DNA of 64,000 nt from Candidatus Bathyarchaeia archaeon (GTDB lineage: Archaea; Thermoproteota; Bathyarchaeia; Bathyarchaeales; Bathycorpusculaceae): the NCBI GenBank assembly GCA_038882975.1, contig JAVZNE010000003.1, forward strand, positions 51,985 through 115,984, given 5' to 3'. The stretch's first letter is position 1. The number at the start of each line of letters is the position of its first letter. Shown here in pieces: positions 37,711 through 46,238 of this stretch. The position numbers were made by a program, and so were the translations under genes. A model generated the notes under the pieces. It did not search any database. It had not been told where the DNA came from and saw nothing but the letters and a program-made list of their open reading frames with translations.

Positions 37711-40700
37711 GTGAGTTGGGAAGCTGAAGTCGAGAGTAAGCTTCATCATTATATTTTTAGTGTTTTGGAGAAGAGGGGCTTTACTGTTGATGGTGTTAGG
37801 TTTGATGAGCCTAAGACGCAGTTTCCTGTTAATGGGCGTAGGGCTGATTTGGCGGTTATTTTGGCTGAGGGCAAAAAGCCGCTTTTGATTATTGAGACTA
37901 AGCGGAAGTATGAAGAGAAGGGCTATTACAGGGCTGTTCGCAACATCATGCCCACGAGCCGCGTGGTTATAGACCAAGCTTTATGGTATGCTATTTATTC
38001 TGGCGCGCCCTATTTTGCAACTACAAACGGCAGGGTTTTCGCTTTATTTAGAAGGCCTGAGGCTGGCGAGAAATTCTCCTTTGATACTCATAGGATTTTG
38101 GTTAGAGAGCGTATAACAATTAATGAGGAGTTTGCTGAGGAGATTCTTGTTACTGTTGCAAGGCTTTATAGGCAGGTTCCTGTGGCTGTTACTCCGCTTG
38201 ACTGGTCCTTTATTGTTGTGCTTAGAGATTTTGTTACATGGCTTTCGGAGGCTATTGAACCATTAATTCGTAAGAAGCTTAAGACTGATGAGGAGTTTAA
38301 GACTCAATATGAAAGGTTTGCGGAAGAGGTTGGCTACAAGCCTGATGCGGCTCAGTTGGCTAAGGAAATGGCTTATGTTTTTATGAATAAAATCGTCTTT
38401 TACAAGGTTCTGGAGAGGCATTTCAAAGAGCTGGGCGAACGTAAGCTTAAGCCCATTACAGCTCCTGATGCTAAAGCCTATTTGGACTTGTTGTATCGTT
38501 ATTTTGCTAAGGCTGTTGAGGTTACTGGCGATTTTGAGCCTGTGTTTTACACGGGGATTTATGATGAGATTGAGCTTCCAGACGACCCGTTTGTGCTTGA
38601 GGGCATTAACGCGTTTATTGAGGATATGGAGCATCATAGGCTTGAGGATTTAGGCTCAGACATTGTGGGCTTCATTTACGAGGAGCTTATCCCAGCGGCT
38701 GAGAGGCATGCTCTTGGACAGTTCTACACTCCACCAGCAATTGCTGAGCTAATTACTAAATGGGCTGTTAGAAGCCCGGACGATAAGGTTCTGGATCCTG
38801 GCTGTGGTTCTGGCACGTTTTTGGTTAAGGCGTATAAGCGTTTACTTGAGCTAAAAGGTTACAAAGAACCTACTGAAAGGGCGCACAAGGAGATTTTGCG
38901 TCAGCTTTACGCCTTTGATATTAACCCGTTTCCGTTGCATTTGACTGCTTTGAATCTGGCCTCGCGTTATATTAGGGCGCCTTCAACGGAAGTGAACACG
39001 ATTCATACTGATTTCTTTAGGGTTGAGGCTGAGCAGACGGTTGTTTCGCCTTACGTCATCAAGACTTTGGCGGGAGAGATAAAGCGTGAAATTGCAATTC
39101 CAAAGTTTGACGCTGTTATTGCTAATCCACCTTACACGCGGTGGACTGAGATTCCAGAAAAAACAAGGGAAGCCATCAAAGATTCTATTGGAAAATTGCT
39201 TACAGAGTATAATTTGACCGCTCAGGTTCAGAGAGGCGTGGAGCCTGGCATTTACATCCATTTTATAATGCATGCTTTTGACATGCTTAGGGAAGGCGGA
39301 AGGCTTGGAATGATTATTTCTGACAGTTGGCTTCAAACGGATTATGGCGTTGATTTTGGGCGTTTCCTTTTGGACCATTTTAAGGTTAAGGCTTTAATTG
39401 ACATTTCAGCCAGAGTCTTCCCAGTGCCGTTAATTGGCACATGCATCATACTACTTGAAAAGTGTAGCAACAACAAAGAACGCGAAGACAATCAAACAGT
39501 TTTCATGTATGTAGACATAGCAGAAAAAGAAGCATTCAAAGTTGATGAAATTTTAGAGGCTATTGAAAAACCAGAAAAATACGAAGAACGCTACATCATC
39601 AGAGCTTTAAAGCAAAAAGAAATACCAAAAGAACAAAAATGGATAAACCTACTATTCGATGCTGAGGCAATCTTAAGCAAGCTTTACAAGAAAACAACTC
39701 AAATAAACGAGTTTTTCGAACCAAGTAGAGGAAACTCATTCTGGTCTGTATGGTCCATAAAGCATGGAAAAAGACCTGACTTAGGTGCCAACGAATTTTT
39801 CTACCTGGATGAGAGCAGAGTTCAACAATATGGCTTAAAAGACTACGTTCATCCTGCATTAATCAGTGCAAGATATGCAAAATACTTTAACTTTACAAGG
39901 CAAGATTGGGAGCAAATAAAAAAGAAAGGTTCAAGATGCTACGTTTTAATGTGCCATATGCCAAGGGAGAAAGCACCAGAAAACGTCTTAGAATACATTA
40001 AATGGGGAGAGAACGAGTGCCGCACAACAATAAGAGGGACAAGAGGTGGGGGTAAAATCTGTAGTCAAGCTGTATCATGTCAAATGAGACAGAAAGAAAA
40101 AGAACACTTTTTCGGATGGTATGATTTGGGTGGGGTTGAAAAAACAGCTTTATTTGTTCCGTATTATGCAAGATATGGGCACAGATTCTCTTTGATATCC
40201 TTCTCAGCTATGCTTGACGCGGATTTCATAGCATTTCTTCCAAAAGTGGATTTTAAGGAAGACGAGATTAAGGCGTTGCTTGCATTTCTTAATTCATCTT
40301 TTTCGCGTCTCTACATTGAGATTAAGGGAAGAGTGCCTGGAGGATTAGGGCCAATCGCGTTAGAGGTGGGTCAGATTAGAAGTATGCCAGTTTTAGATGC
40401 AACACGTTTAAAGAAAAAAGACTTGCAAATATTGGCTTCACTTTTTGATGAGCTTGAGGCTGAGGCGAGAAGGCTTGGCGGTGCAGACACAGCGGAAAAC
40501 ATTGAAAAACTCTGGGACACAGTCATTGAGAAAATAGACATGGAAATAACGAGAATACTCAAACTGCCAAAGGAACTGGCAAAAACCGCAAAAATCATGG
40601 CTAAAACAATGATGAAGAGAAGGCTTCAAAGGGCAGAAGAAGCCACACCAGAAGCCATAAAAGGCGAAGAAGAACCACGCCTAAAACCACCAAAAAAGCC

Positions 40701-40758
40701 AGAAAAAACCTCAGAGGAGGATAAGACTGTTCGGTTAGATAGGTTTATAGAGAGTTGA
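37711..40758 (+). CDS. Type IIG-like fused restriction endonuclease/N6-adenine methyltransferase
   Basis: RADL...IIETK nuclease, GQFYTP, LDPGCGSGTF, ANPPY, C-terminal TRD-like region. Confidence 0.93.
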   Translation: MSWEAEVESKLHHYIFSVLEKRGFTVDGVRFDEPKTQFPVNGRRADLAVILAEGKKPLLIIETKRKYEEKGYYRAVRNIMPTSRVVIDQALWYAIYSGAPYFATTNGRVFALFRRPEAGEKFSFDTHRILVRERITINEEFAEEILVTVARLYRQVPVAVTPLDWSFIVVLRDFVTWLSEAIEPLIRKKLKTDEEFKTQYERFAEEVGYKPDAAQLAKEMAYVFMNKIVFYKVLERHFKELGERKLKPITAPDAKAYLDLLYRYFAKAVEVTGDFEPVFYTGIYDEIELPDDPFVLEGINAFIEDMEHHRLEDLGSDIVGFIYEELIPAAERHALGQFYTPPAIAELITKWAVRSPDDKVLDPGCGSGTFLVKAYKRLLELKGYKEPTERAHKEILRQLYAFDINPFPLHLTALNLASRYIRAPSTEVNTIHTDFFRVEAEQTVVSPYVIKTLAGEIKREIAIPKFDAVIANPPYTRWTEIPEKTREAIKDSIGKLLTEYNLTAQVQRGVEPGIYIHFIMHAFDMLREGGRLGMIISDSWLQTDYGVDFGRFLLDHFKVKALIDISARVFPVPLIGTCIILLEKCSNNKEREDNQTVFMYVDIAEKEAFKVDEILEAIEKPEKYEERYIIRALKQKEIPKEQKWINLLFDAEAILSKLYKKTTQINEFFEPSRGNSFWSVWSIKHGKRPDLGANEFFYLDESRVQQYGLKDYVHPALISARYAKYFNFTRQDWEQIKKKGSRCYVLMCHMPREKAPENVLEYIKWGENECRTTIRGTRGGGKICSQAVSCQMRQKEKEHFFGWYDLGGVEKTALFVPYYARYGHRFSLISFSAMLDADFIAFLPKVDFKEDEIKALLAFLNSSFSRLYIEIKGRVPGGLGPIALEVGQIRSMPVLDATRLKKKDLQILASLFDELEAEARRLGGADTAENIEKLWDTVIEKIDMEITRILKLPKELAKTAKIMAKTMMKRRLQRAEEATPEAIKGEEEPRLKPPKKPEKTSEEDKTVRLDRFIES

Positions 40759-40764
40759 GCAAGG

Positions 40765-41559
40765 TTGGGTTTGAAGTATATAATGGTGACTCATTGGGCA
40801 AATCATTGGGACAATATTCCCAATAATGAAACCTATTTTACTAGAGGTATGCTTAGAAGAGGTATGACCATTGATAAGATTACAGAGAATACCCCCACGA
40901 TTTTTATAAAGAAAAACGAACAAACCAAAAAGCCGGAAAAGGCTTGGGAAGGAAGCGTCTATAGTTTTAAGGTTGAAAAAGATAGAATCCGCTTTAAGGT
41001 TAAAATCAATAGAGAAATTCCAATACCATCAGAATATATAGGATACCCAGAAGGATGGTATGTCGAAGGCGTAGCTGAAGAACTACCCATTGAAGCCATC
41101 AGCTACCCACCATTCTTCTACATCTTAAACACTACAAACGACTATAACGAGTTCGAAAAATACACCTACAGCTTACTCAAACTATTAGGAATACACCAAA
41201 TATTCAGATACGAAAAACAAAGAGGCCAACCAGATGGCTTTTTCAAATTCGGAAACCTAGCAGTCATATATGATGCAACATTAGAAAGCAACTTCCAAAA
41301 AGCAAAGGAAACCCAAATTAAAAATTTTGCGAACCTGCTAAAAGCTGGAAGTCTGAAATATATGGAGAGAACAATTGACATTTCCAAGTGCAACAAACAA
41401 GTCTGGATCATTACAAGAGGCATGTTAAGAATACTCGAAAAAATCGACGACATAGCAATAAAAGAAGTGCCGATAGGCGAGATAATAAAGGTATACTCAG
41501 AAAGATTGCAAAAAACAATGGATGAAACAGAACTCGAAAACAGGCTATTAAATCTCTGA
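40765..41559 (+). CDS. Two-domain protein with C-terminal Mrr-like PD-(D/E)xK fold
   Basis: EFEKYTYSLLKLLG...GQPDGFF...IYDATL; beta-rich N-domain. Confidence 0.65.
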   Translation: MGLKYIMVTHWANHWDNIPNNETYFTRGMLRRGMTIDKITENTPTIFIKKNEQTKKPEKAWEGSVYSFKVEKDRIRFKVKINREIPIPSEYIGYPEGWYVEGVAEELPIEAISYPPFFYILNTTNDYNEFEKYTYSLLKLLGIHQIFRYEKQRGQPDGFFKFGNLAVIYDATLESNFQKAKETQIKNFANLLKAGSLKYMERTIDISKCNKQVWIITRGMLRILEKIDDIAIKEVPIGEIIKVYSERLQKTMDETELENRLLNL

Positions 41560-41946
41560 CTAACTCTGACGTTGATTATCTTTGTCTTCTACTATTCGTG
41601 GTCTTGTATCAAAATGTTCAGGAAGATTTTCGGGCTTTTCATAGTGTAGGATAAGGCACGGTTTTGCTTTTCCAAGGTCGATGTGCTCTTTAACACTCTT
41701 AAACTTGTAAGGGTTCCCCGTAGGCTCAACTCTCTGTAATCTTATGCTCCCATCTCTGTCCTTCCAATAAACTATAGGCTCGCCGTCTTTTAGGTCGGTA
41801 TTGGTCAAAACAACAACTGGATATTTTCCCTTAACGTAAGTAACACGTGTTAAAGAACCCATCCGCGTATCATCAACGGTTACAGTCTTAACGACACGGC
41901 CTTCCTCAATTAACCTCTCATAAATCCTTTTAACTTCACTCTCCAA
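41560..41946 (-). CDS. Hypothetical protein, possibly AbrB-like
   Basis: 128-aa ORF with SD AGGTGG; LKDGEPIVYWKDRDGSIRLQRV resembles an AbrB hairpin. Confidence 0.65.
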   Translation of the reverse strand: MESEVKRIYERLIEEGRVVKTVTVDDTRMGSLTRVTYVKGKYPVVVLTNTDLKDGEPIVYWKDRDGSIRLQRVEPTGNPYKFKSVKEHIDLGKAKPCLILHYEKPENLPEHFDTRPRIVEDKDNQRQS

Positions 41947-42013
41947 ATTGCCACCTAAAAATAGTTTAAACTATGACTTAGCTATTTAAGAATGACTGAA
42001 AGCCCTTCTAACG

Positions 42014-42221
42014 ATGGAAATGAACGGGTATAAGACTGAAATTTTGAAGATCATACACGAAAGCGACCAGCCTGTTTGATGTCGAAAAAATCCGCAAAGC
42101 CTGCAAAATTGGAAACTGGAACACAGCCCTAAAACACTGCCTTGAACTACTCATTGAAGGAAAAATCAGTGGCCAGAAAACCTCCAAAAGCTGGATTTTC
42201 TGGAAAGAAGGAGGCGAATAA
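42014..42221 (+). pseudogene. Small wHTH protein gene with one-base insertion
   Basis: Removing one T at 42075-77 gives MEMNGYKTEILKIIHESDQPVDVEKIRKACKIGNWNTALKHCLELLIEGKISGQKTSKSWIFWKEGGE, ending just before the next ATG. Confidence 0.7.
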
Positions 42222-42222
42222 A

Positions 42223-42627
42223 ATGCAACTCCAACGTTTAACAGTAGGCAAGGGGAAAACCTCAAGACCAAGCGAAGCCGAAGAATGGACAAAAGAATAC
42301 TATGAAATCGAAGTTCTCATAGATGACCCAGCAGAACTGGAAGTAACAAAGGCTAACCTAACAGGACTAATCGACGGATGGCTATCTAAACCAAAAACAA
42401 CAACTGCAGAAGACCAAAAATCGCAAAACATAGACGAATTATTCCCAAAAGATCTGCGGCAACTACTCACTTTTGAGGAAAGAGAAGGATTCTGCATAAT
42501 AAAGCCCCGCCAATTCTTAGGCTCAGAAAACTTTGCAAAAATAGCAGACATAGTCAAAGCCAAAGGCGGCGAATACATCTCATCAGGCAAAAACTCCCAC
42601 TTCCGAATACCAATCAAAACAAGCTAA
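42223..42627 (+). CDS. Hypothetical element protein (134 aa)
   Basis: ATG 42223 with GGAGG SD; two small domains. Confidence 0.75.
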   Translation: MQLQRLTVGKGKTSRPSEAEEWTKEYYEIEVLIDDPAELEVTKANLTGLIDGWLSKPKTTTAEDQKSQNIDELFPKDLRQLLTFEEREGFCIIKPRQFLGSENFAKIADIVKAKGGEYISSGKNSHFRIPIKTS

Positions 42628-42645
42628 ACACGGAGGAAAGCATGG

Positions 42646-44584
42646 ATGCTGAGCCAAACTTCAGTTTCCTCCCAAGGGCAGAGCCACAACACCTCAGCAT
42701 CCATGCCCTCTAACAGCACTCAACAAAATAAAAATCTTCCAGCAAAACACGAATTTGACGAATTAGGCTTTCTTAAAAAATTGTTCTGCCCCTATTGCGG
42801 TAGCGAAAGCCTAAAACCAAGCCACGTAGACGACGTTGGAACAGAATTTTTCAAATGCGAAAAATGCGGAAACTACTGCACCAAACCCCAAACAAAAGAA
42901 AGACAAGAACTTGAACAAGCCTTAGCTAAGCCGTTAAAACAAGAGCCTGTAGAGTTTCCCGAAAAATATTTTGAAAATGGAAAGTTTGTCCCAAAACTTT
43001 TGGCAGAAGAACTCATGCAAGAATACCGCTTCATAACAATGAAAGACACAGATGTAGTTTACATTTTTAATGATGGTTTTTACCAGCCTTACGGCGAAAT
43101 CATAATCAAACAACAATGCAAAGCGAGACTTGGCAAGGAATACCGCAAAAACAGAGCCGAAGAAGTAATCGAATACATCAAAGTCTCCACATACGTAGAC
43201 AGAAAAGAGGAGCCGCCAAACCTAATCCCCCTTGAAAACGGCGTTTTAGACATAAACACCATGGAGCTTAAACCCTACAGCCCAGAATACATGTTCTTCA
43301 ACAAAATCCCAGTAAAATACGACCCAAACGCTGACTGCCCCAACATAAAAAAAGTTCTTACGCCAAATAACAGCCACAGAAGAGGATGTTCAAATCCTCT
43401 TAGAAGTTATCGGCTTCTGTCTATACCGAGAATACACCATCGCCAAAGCTCTGATGCTTGTAGGCGGAGGCTCAAACGGAAAAAGCACTTTCCTAAACCT
43501 TGTAAAAGCATTCATTGGAAAAGAAAACGTAAGCGGAAGAAGCCTCCAAGATATCGAGGAAAACCGCTTCGCAAAAGCAGACCTACACCACAAACTCGCC
43601 AATATCTACGCCGACTTACCGGACAAAGCCCTCTGGCGGACAGGCACCTTCAAAATGCTAACAGGAAGAGACCTAATAGTGGCAGAGCGCAAATTCCAAA
43701 ACAGCTTCACCTTCGAAAACTATGCCAAACTACTGTTTTCAGCTAATAAAGTGCCAGAAGCCTACGACGACACAGACGCCTTCTTCCGCAGATGGCTCAT
43801 AGTAGTTTTCCCAAACCAATTCATAAACGACAAAGCAGACCCATACATACTACAAAAACTCACAACACCTGAAGAACTCAGCGGACTACTAAACCTCATC
43901 CTACCAGCATTAAAAAGGCTCTTGGAAAAGGGACAATTCAGCCACAGCAAAACAACAGAGGAAATCCGCGAAGACTACATAAGAAAAAGCAGCCCAATAG
44001 CAGCCTTCGTCATGGACTGCCTTGAAGTAGACTCAGACGCCTTCATCATAAAACAAGACCTATACAACGCCTTTGCAGCCTACTGCAGAGAAAGAAAAAT
44101 CCCATGCGTAACAAAAGACACATTCTTCAAAAACATACCTCAACACATCCCAGTAATAGACCACAGACCAAAAATAAACGGCACAAGAGCCGTAACATTC
44201 AAAGGCATCCGCTACAGCCAAAACGTGTCAACCCTGTCAAACGTGTCAAAGGCTTTCTACACCCTAAACCAAAGAAAACCAGAATTTAACAACGACAACT
44301 GGGAAATAAAAGAACTCGACAACGACATAATCCAAGTTTCAATAAAAGAAACACAAACCCTTGACACGATTGACAGCCCTGACACAAAAAGCATAGCAGA
44401 AAAACTCGAACAACTAAAAACATGGCTAATCGAAAACAAGGATGAAGATGGGCTTATTGACTGCTCCCTTCTTACTGCAAAAATAAAAGAACTAAACCTC
44501 CCAATGCAGCCCACAATCCAACTACTAAAAGACGAGTATTGGCTCAGAGACGCGCCAGCCATCGGAAAATACGGAGTGAAATGA
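42646..44584 (+). pseudogene. Zn ribbon + D5_N + SF3 helicase (P4/D5 primase-helicase family), frameshifted at an A7 run
   Basis: LIPLENGVLD (D5_N) in one frame; GGGSNGKST, FSANKVP, AFFRRW in the +1 frame; removing one A at 43347-53 restores CPNIKKFLRQI...IGFCLY. Confidence 0.88.
44226..44384. repeat. Converging iteron-like arrays, candidate replication origin
   Basis: TGTCAA at 44226/44235/44244; TTGACA, TTGACA, CTGACA at 44361/44370/44379. Confidence 0.7.
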
Positions 44585-45873
44585 CCACAATGAACGAGGC
44601 TGAGGAAACAACCGATGCTGTTGAAAATCCTCAGCCTATAAGCTGTCCTTTATGCAGTTCAACAAAAACTTACAAAGATGGGCTACGCTATCTGGCAGAT
44701 GGCACCATCATTCAACGTTACTTATGCAATATCTGTGGTTACAGATTCAGCGAAACCCGCCTCAACAGTTTAAACAAGTCTCAAAACCTTCAGAAAATTG
44801 ATAGGCAGATTTTAAATTCGCCAGAAGCCTTACCTTTTAACTGCCAAGGGAGCTATGAAGCATTAAGCCAAGCGCCCTCCGCCAATAGGGCGGTGCAAAC
44901 CTTGGCCGAAGTGGAAACCCGCCAAGAAATGTCCCAGCGGGAGGATTCAGCAGGCCTAAGCCCACAGAAAATCGTCGACTTCATCTGGTATATGAAAAGA
45001 AACGGCTACGCAGAAACCACAATCCAAGGCAGAGTCAGACTCATAAAAAGGCTCGCAAAGTTAGGCGCAAACCTATACGACCCGGAAAGCGTCAAACAAG
45101 TAATAGCCAAACAGCCATGGTCAGCCGGAAGAAAAGACCTCGCCTGCGAAGCCTACACAACATTTCTCGTCATGCACGGCGGAACATGGCAACGCCCAAC
45201 ATACAAAAGAGTTGAAAAAGAACCCTTCATACCCCAACCCACAGAAATAAAACAGCTAATAGCCGGATGCAGCCCAAGAATGGCATGCTTCCTACAACTA
45301 CTACTCGAAACAGCCATGCGCCCAGGAGAAGCCTGGCAACTCAAATGGACAGACTACGACAAAGCCACAAGAACCATAAGAGTAACACCAGAAAAAGGCT
45401 CAAAGTCAAGAACCTACAAAATCTCAAAAGAACTGGCTCAAATGCTCGACAACCTGCCCAGAAAATACGGCGACAGAATATTTTCCAATCCCGGCATGCC
45501 CATAGACCACCACAACCGAAACTTCGCCCTACAAAGAAAACGCATAGCCCAAAAACTCAAGAATCCAAGGCTGCTGCAAATAAGCTTCAAAACTCTACGC
45601 CACTTTAAAGCAACAATGGAAGCATGGCGCACCAAAGACCCATTCCACGTCCAAGAGTTTCTCCGCCATAAAAACATCAAAAACACCATGCGATACATCC
45701 ACCTCGCTCAAGTGCTCTTCAAAAACGAACAAGAATACATAACAAAAGTAGCCCACAACGTCAAAGAAGCATGCGCCCTCATAGAAGCAGGCTTCGAATA
45801 CGTAACAGGCGAATATGAAGATGGCGGCAAAATCTTCAGAAAACCCAAAGACCCATTAACCTATGAAGAATAA
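44581..45873 (+). CDS. Tyrosine integrase with N-terminal Zn ribbon
   Basis: CPLC...QRYLCNIC; AMRPGEA, EKGS, KTLRH, LRHKN, TMRY; ends 38 bp from att. Confidence 0.94.
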   Translation: MTTMNEAEETTDAVENPQPISCPLCSSTKTYKDGLRYLADGTIIQRYLCNICGYRFSETRLNSLNKSQNLQKIDRQILNSPEALPFNCQGSYEALSQAPSANRAVQTLAEVETRQEMSQREDSAGLSPQKIVDFIWYMKRNGYAETTIQGRVRLIKRLAKLGANLYDPESVKQVIAKQPWSAGRKDLACEAYTTFLVMHGGTWQRPTYKRVEKEPFIPQPTEIKQLIAGCSPRMACFLQLLLETAMRPGEAWQLKWTDYDKATRTIRVTPEKGSKSRTYKISKELAQMLDNLPRKYGDRIFSNPGMPIDHHNRNFALQRKRIAQKLKNPRLLQISFKTLRHFKATMEAWRTKDPFHVQEFLRHKNIKNTMRYIHLAQVLFKNEQEYITKVAHNVKEACALIEAGFEYVTGEYEDGGKIFRKPKDPLTYEE

Positions 45874-45911
45874 GCCTCCAGGAATGAACCCCCCTCAAAT
45901 TTCAACATAGC

Positions 45912-45935
45912 AGTGCGGGGGGTGGGATTTGAACC
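45912..45935. repeat. att site overlapping tRNA-Leu 3' end
   Basis: Identical to 34512-34535. Confidence 0.95.
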
Positions 45936-45998
45936 CACGAACCCCTATGGGACAAGGTCCTAAGCCTTGCGCCTTTGACCAGGCTTGGCGACCCCCGC
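45914..45998 (-). tRNA. tRNA-Leu(TAG)
   Basis: Reverse complement GCGGGGGTCGCCAAGCCTGGTCAAAGGCGCAAGGCTTAGGACCTTG...GGTTCAAATCCCACCCCCCGCA; long variable arm. Confidence 0.97.
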
Positions 45999-46100
45999 CT
46001 TCATAGTGCATGGTTGAGTTCAAGATTATAAATTGTTTGTTTCTTTTTGGATCGCGAAATCCTTTAAAACATTTATGTTTCTATGTTGTTTGGTTGGTGT

Positions 46101-46192
46101 GCCTCGGTAGCCTAGCCTGGTGGGGCACCGCCTTGGTAAAGCGTGAAGCTATAAAGAGGCGGTGGTCGCGGGTTCAAATCCCGCCCGAGGCT
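46101..46192 (+). tRNA. tRNA-Thr(GGT) with 18-nt intron (46139-46156)
   Basis: GCCTCGG/CCGAGGC acceptor; CCGCC-TTGGTA[intron]A-GGCGG; relaxed BHB. Confidence 0.93.
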
Positions 46193-46238
46193 TACATTTT
46201 ATGGCTCTTTATAAGCCTAATGTTTAGGGTGGTGCTGC

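Larger units (their letters stand above)
34512..45935. mobile_element. 11.4-kb integrative element in tRNA-Leu(TAG)
   Basis: 24-bp direct repeats 11,400 bp apart, integrase adjacent to the tRNA, SF3 helicase, R-M cargo. Confidence 0.93.

Noticed and set aside
42077-42079. TGA read-through (selenocysteine) in the small wHTH gene
   Set aside because: The protein-like continuation is in another frame; a one-base insertion explains it.
43345-43356. Programmed -1 frameshift at the A-run in the helicase
   Set aside because: The downstream helicase is in the +1 frame; a -1 shift reaches TAA within a few codons.
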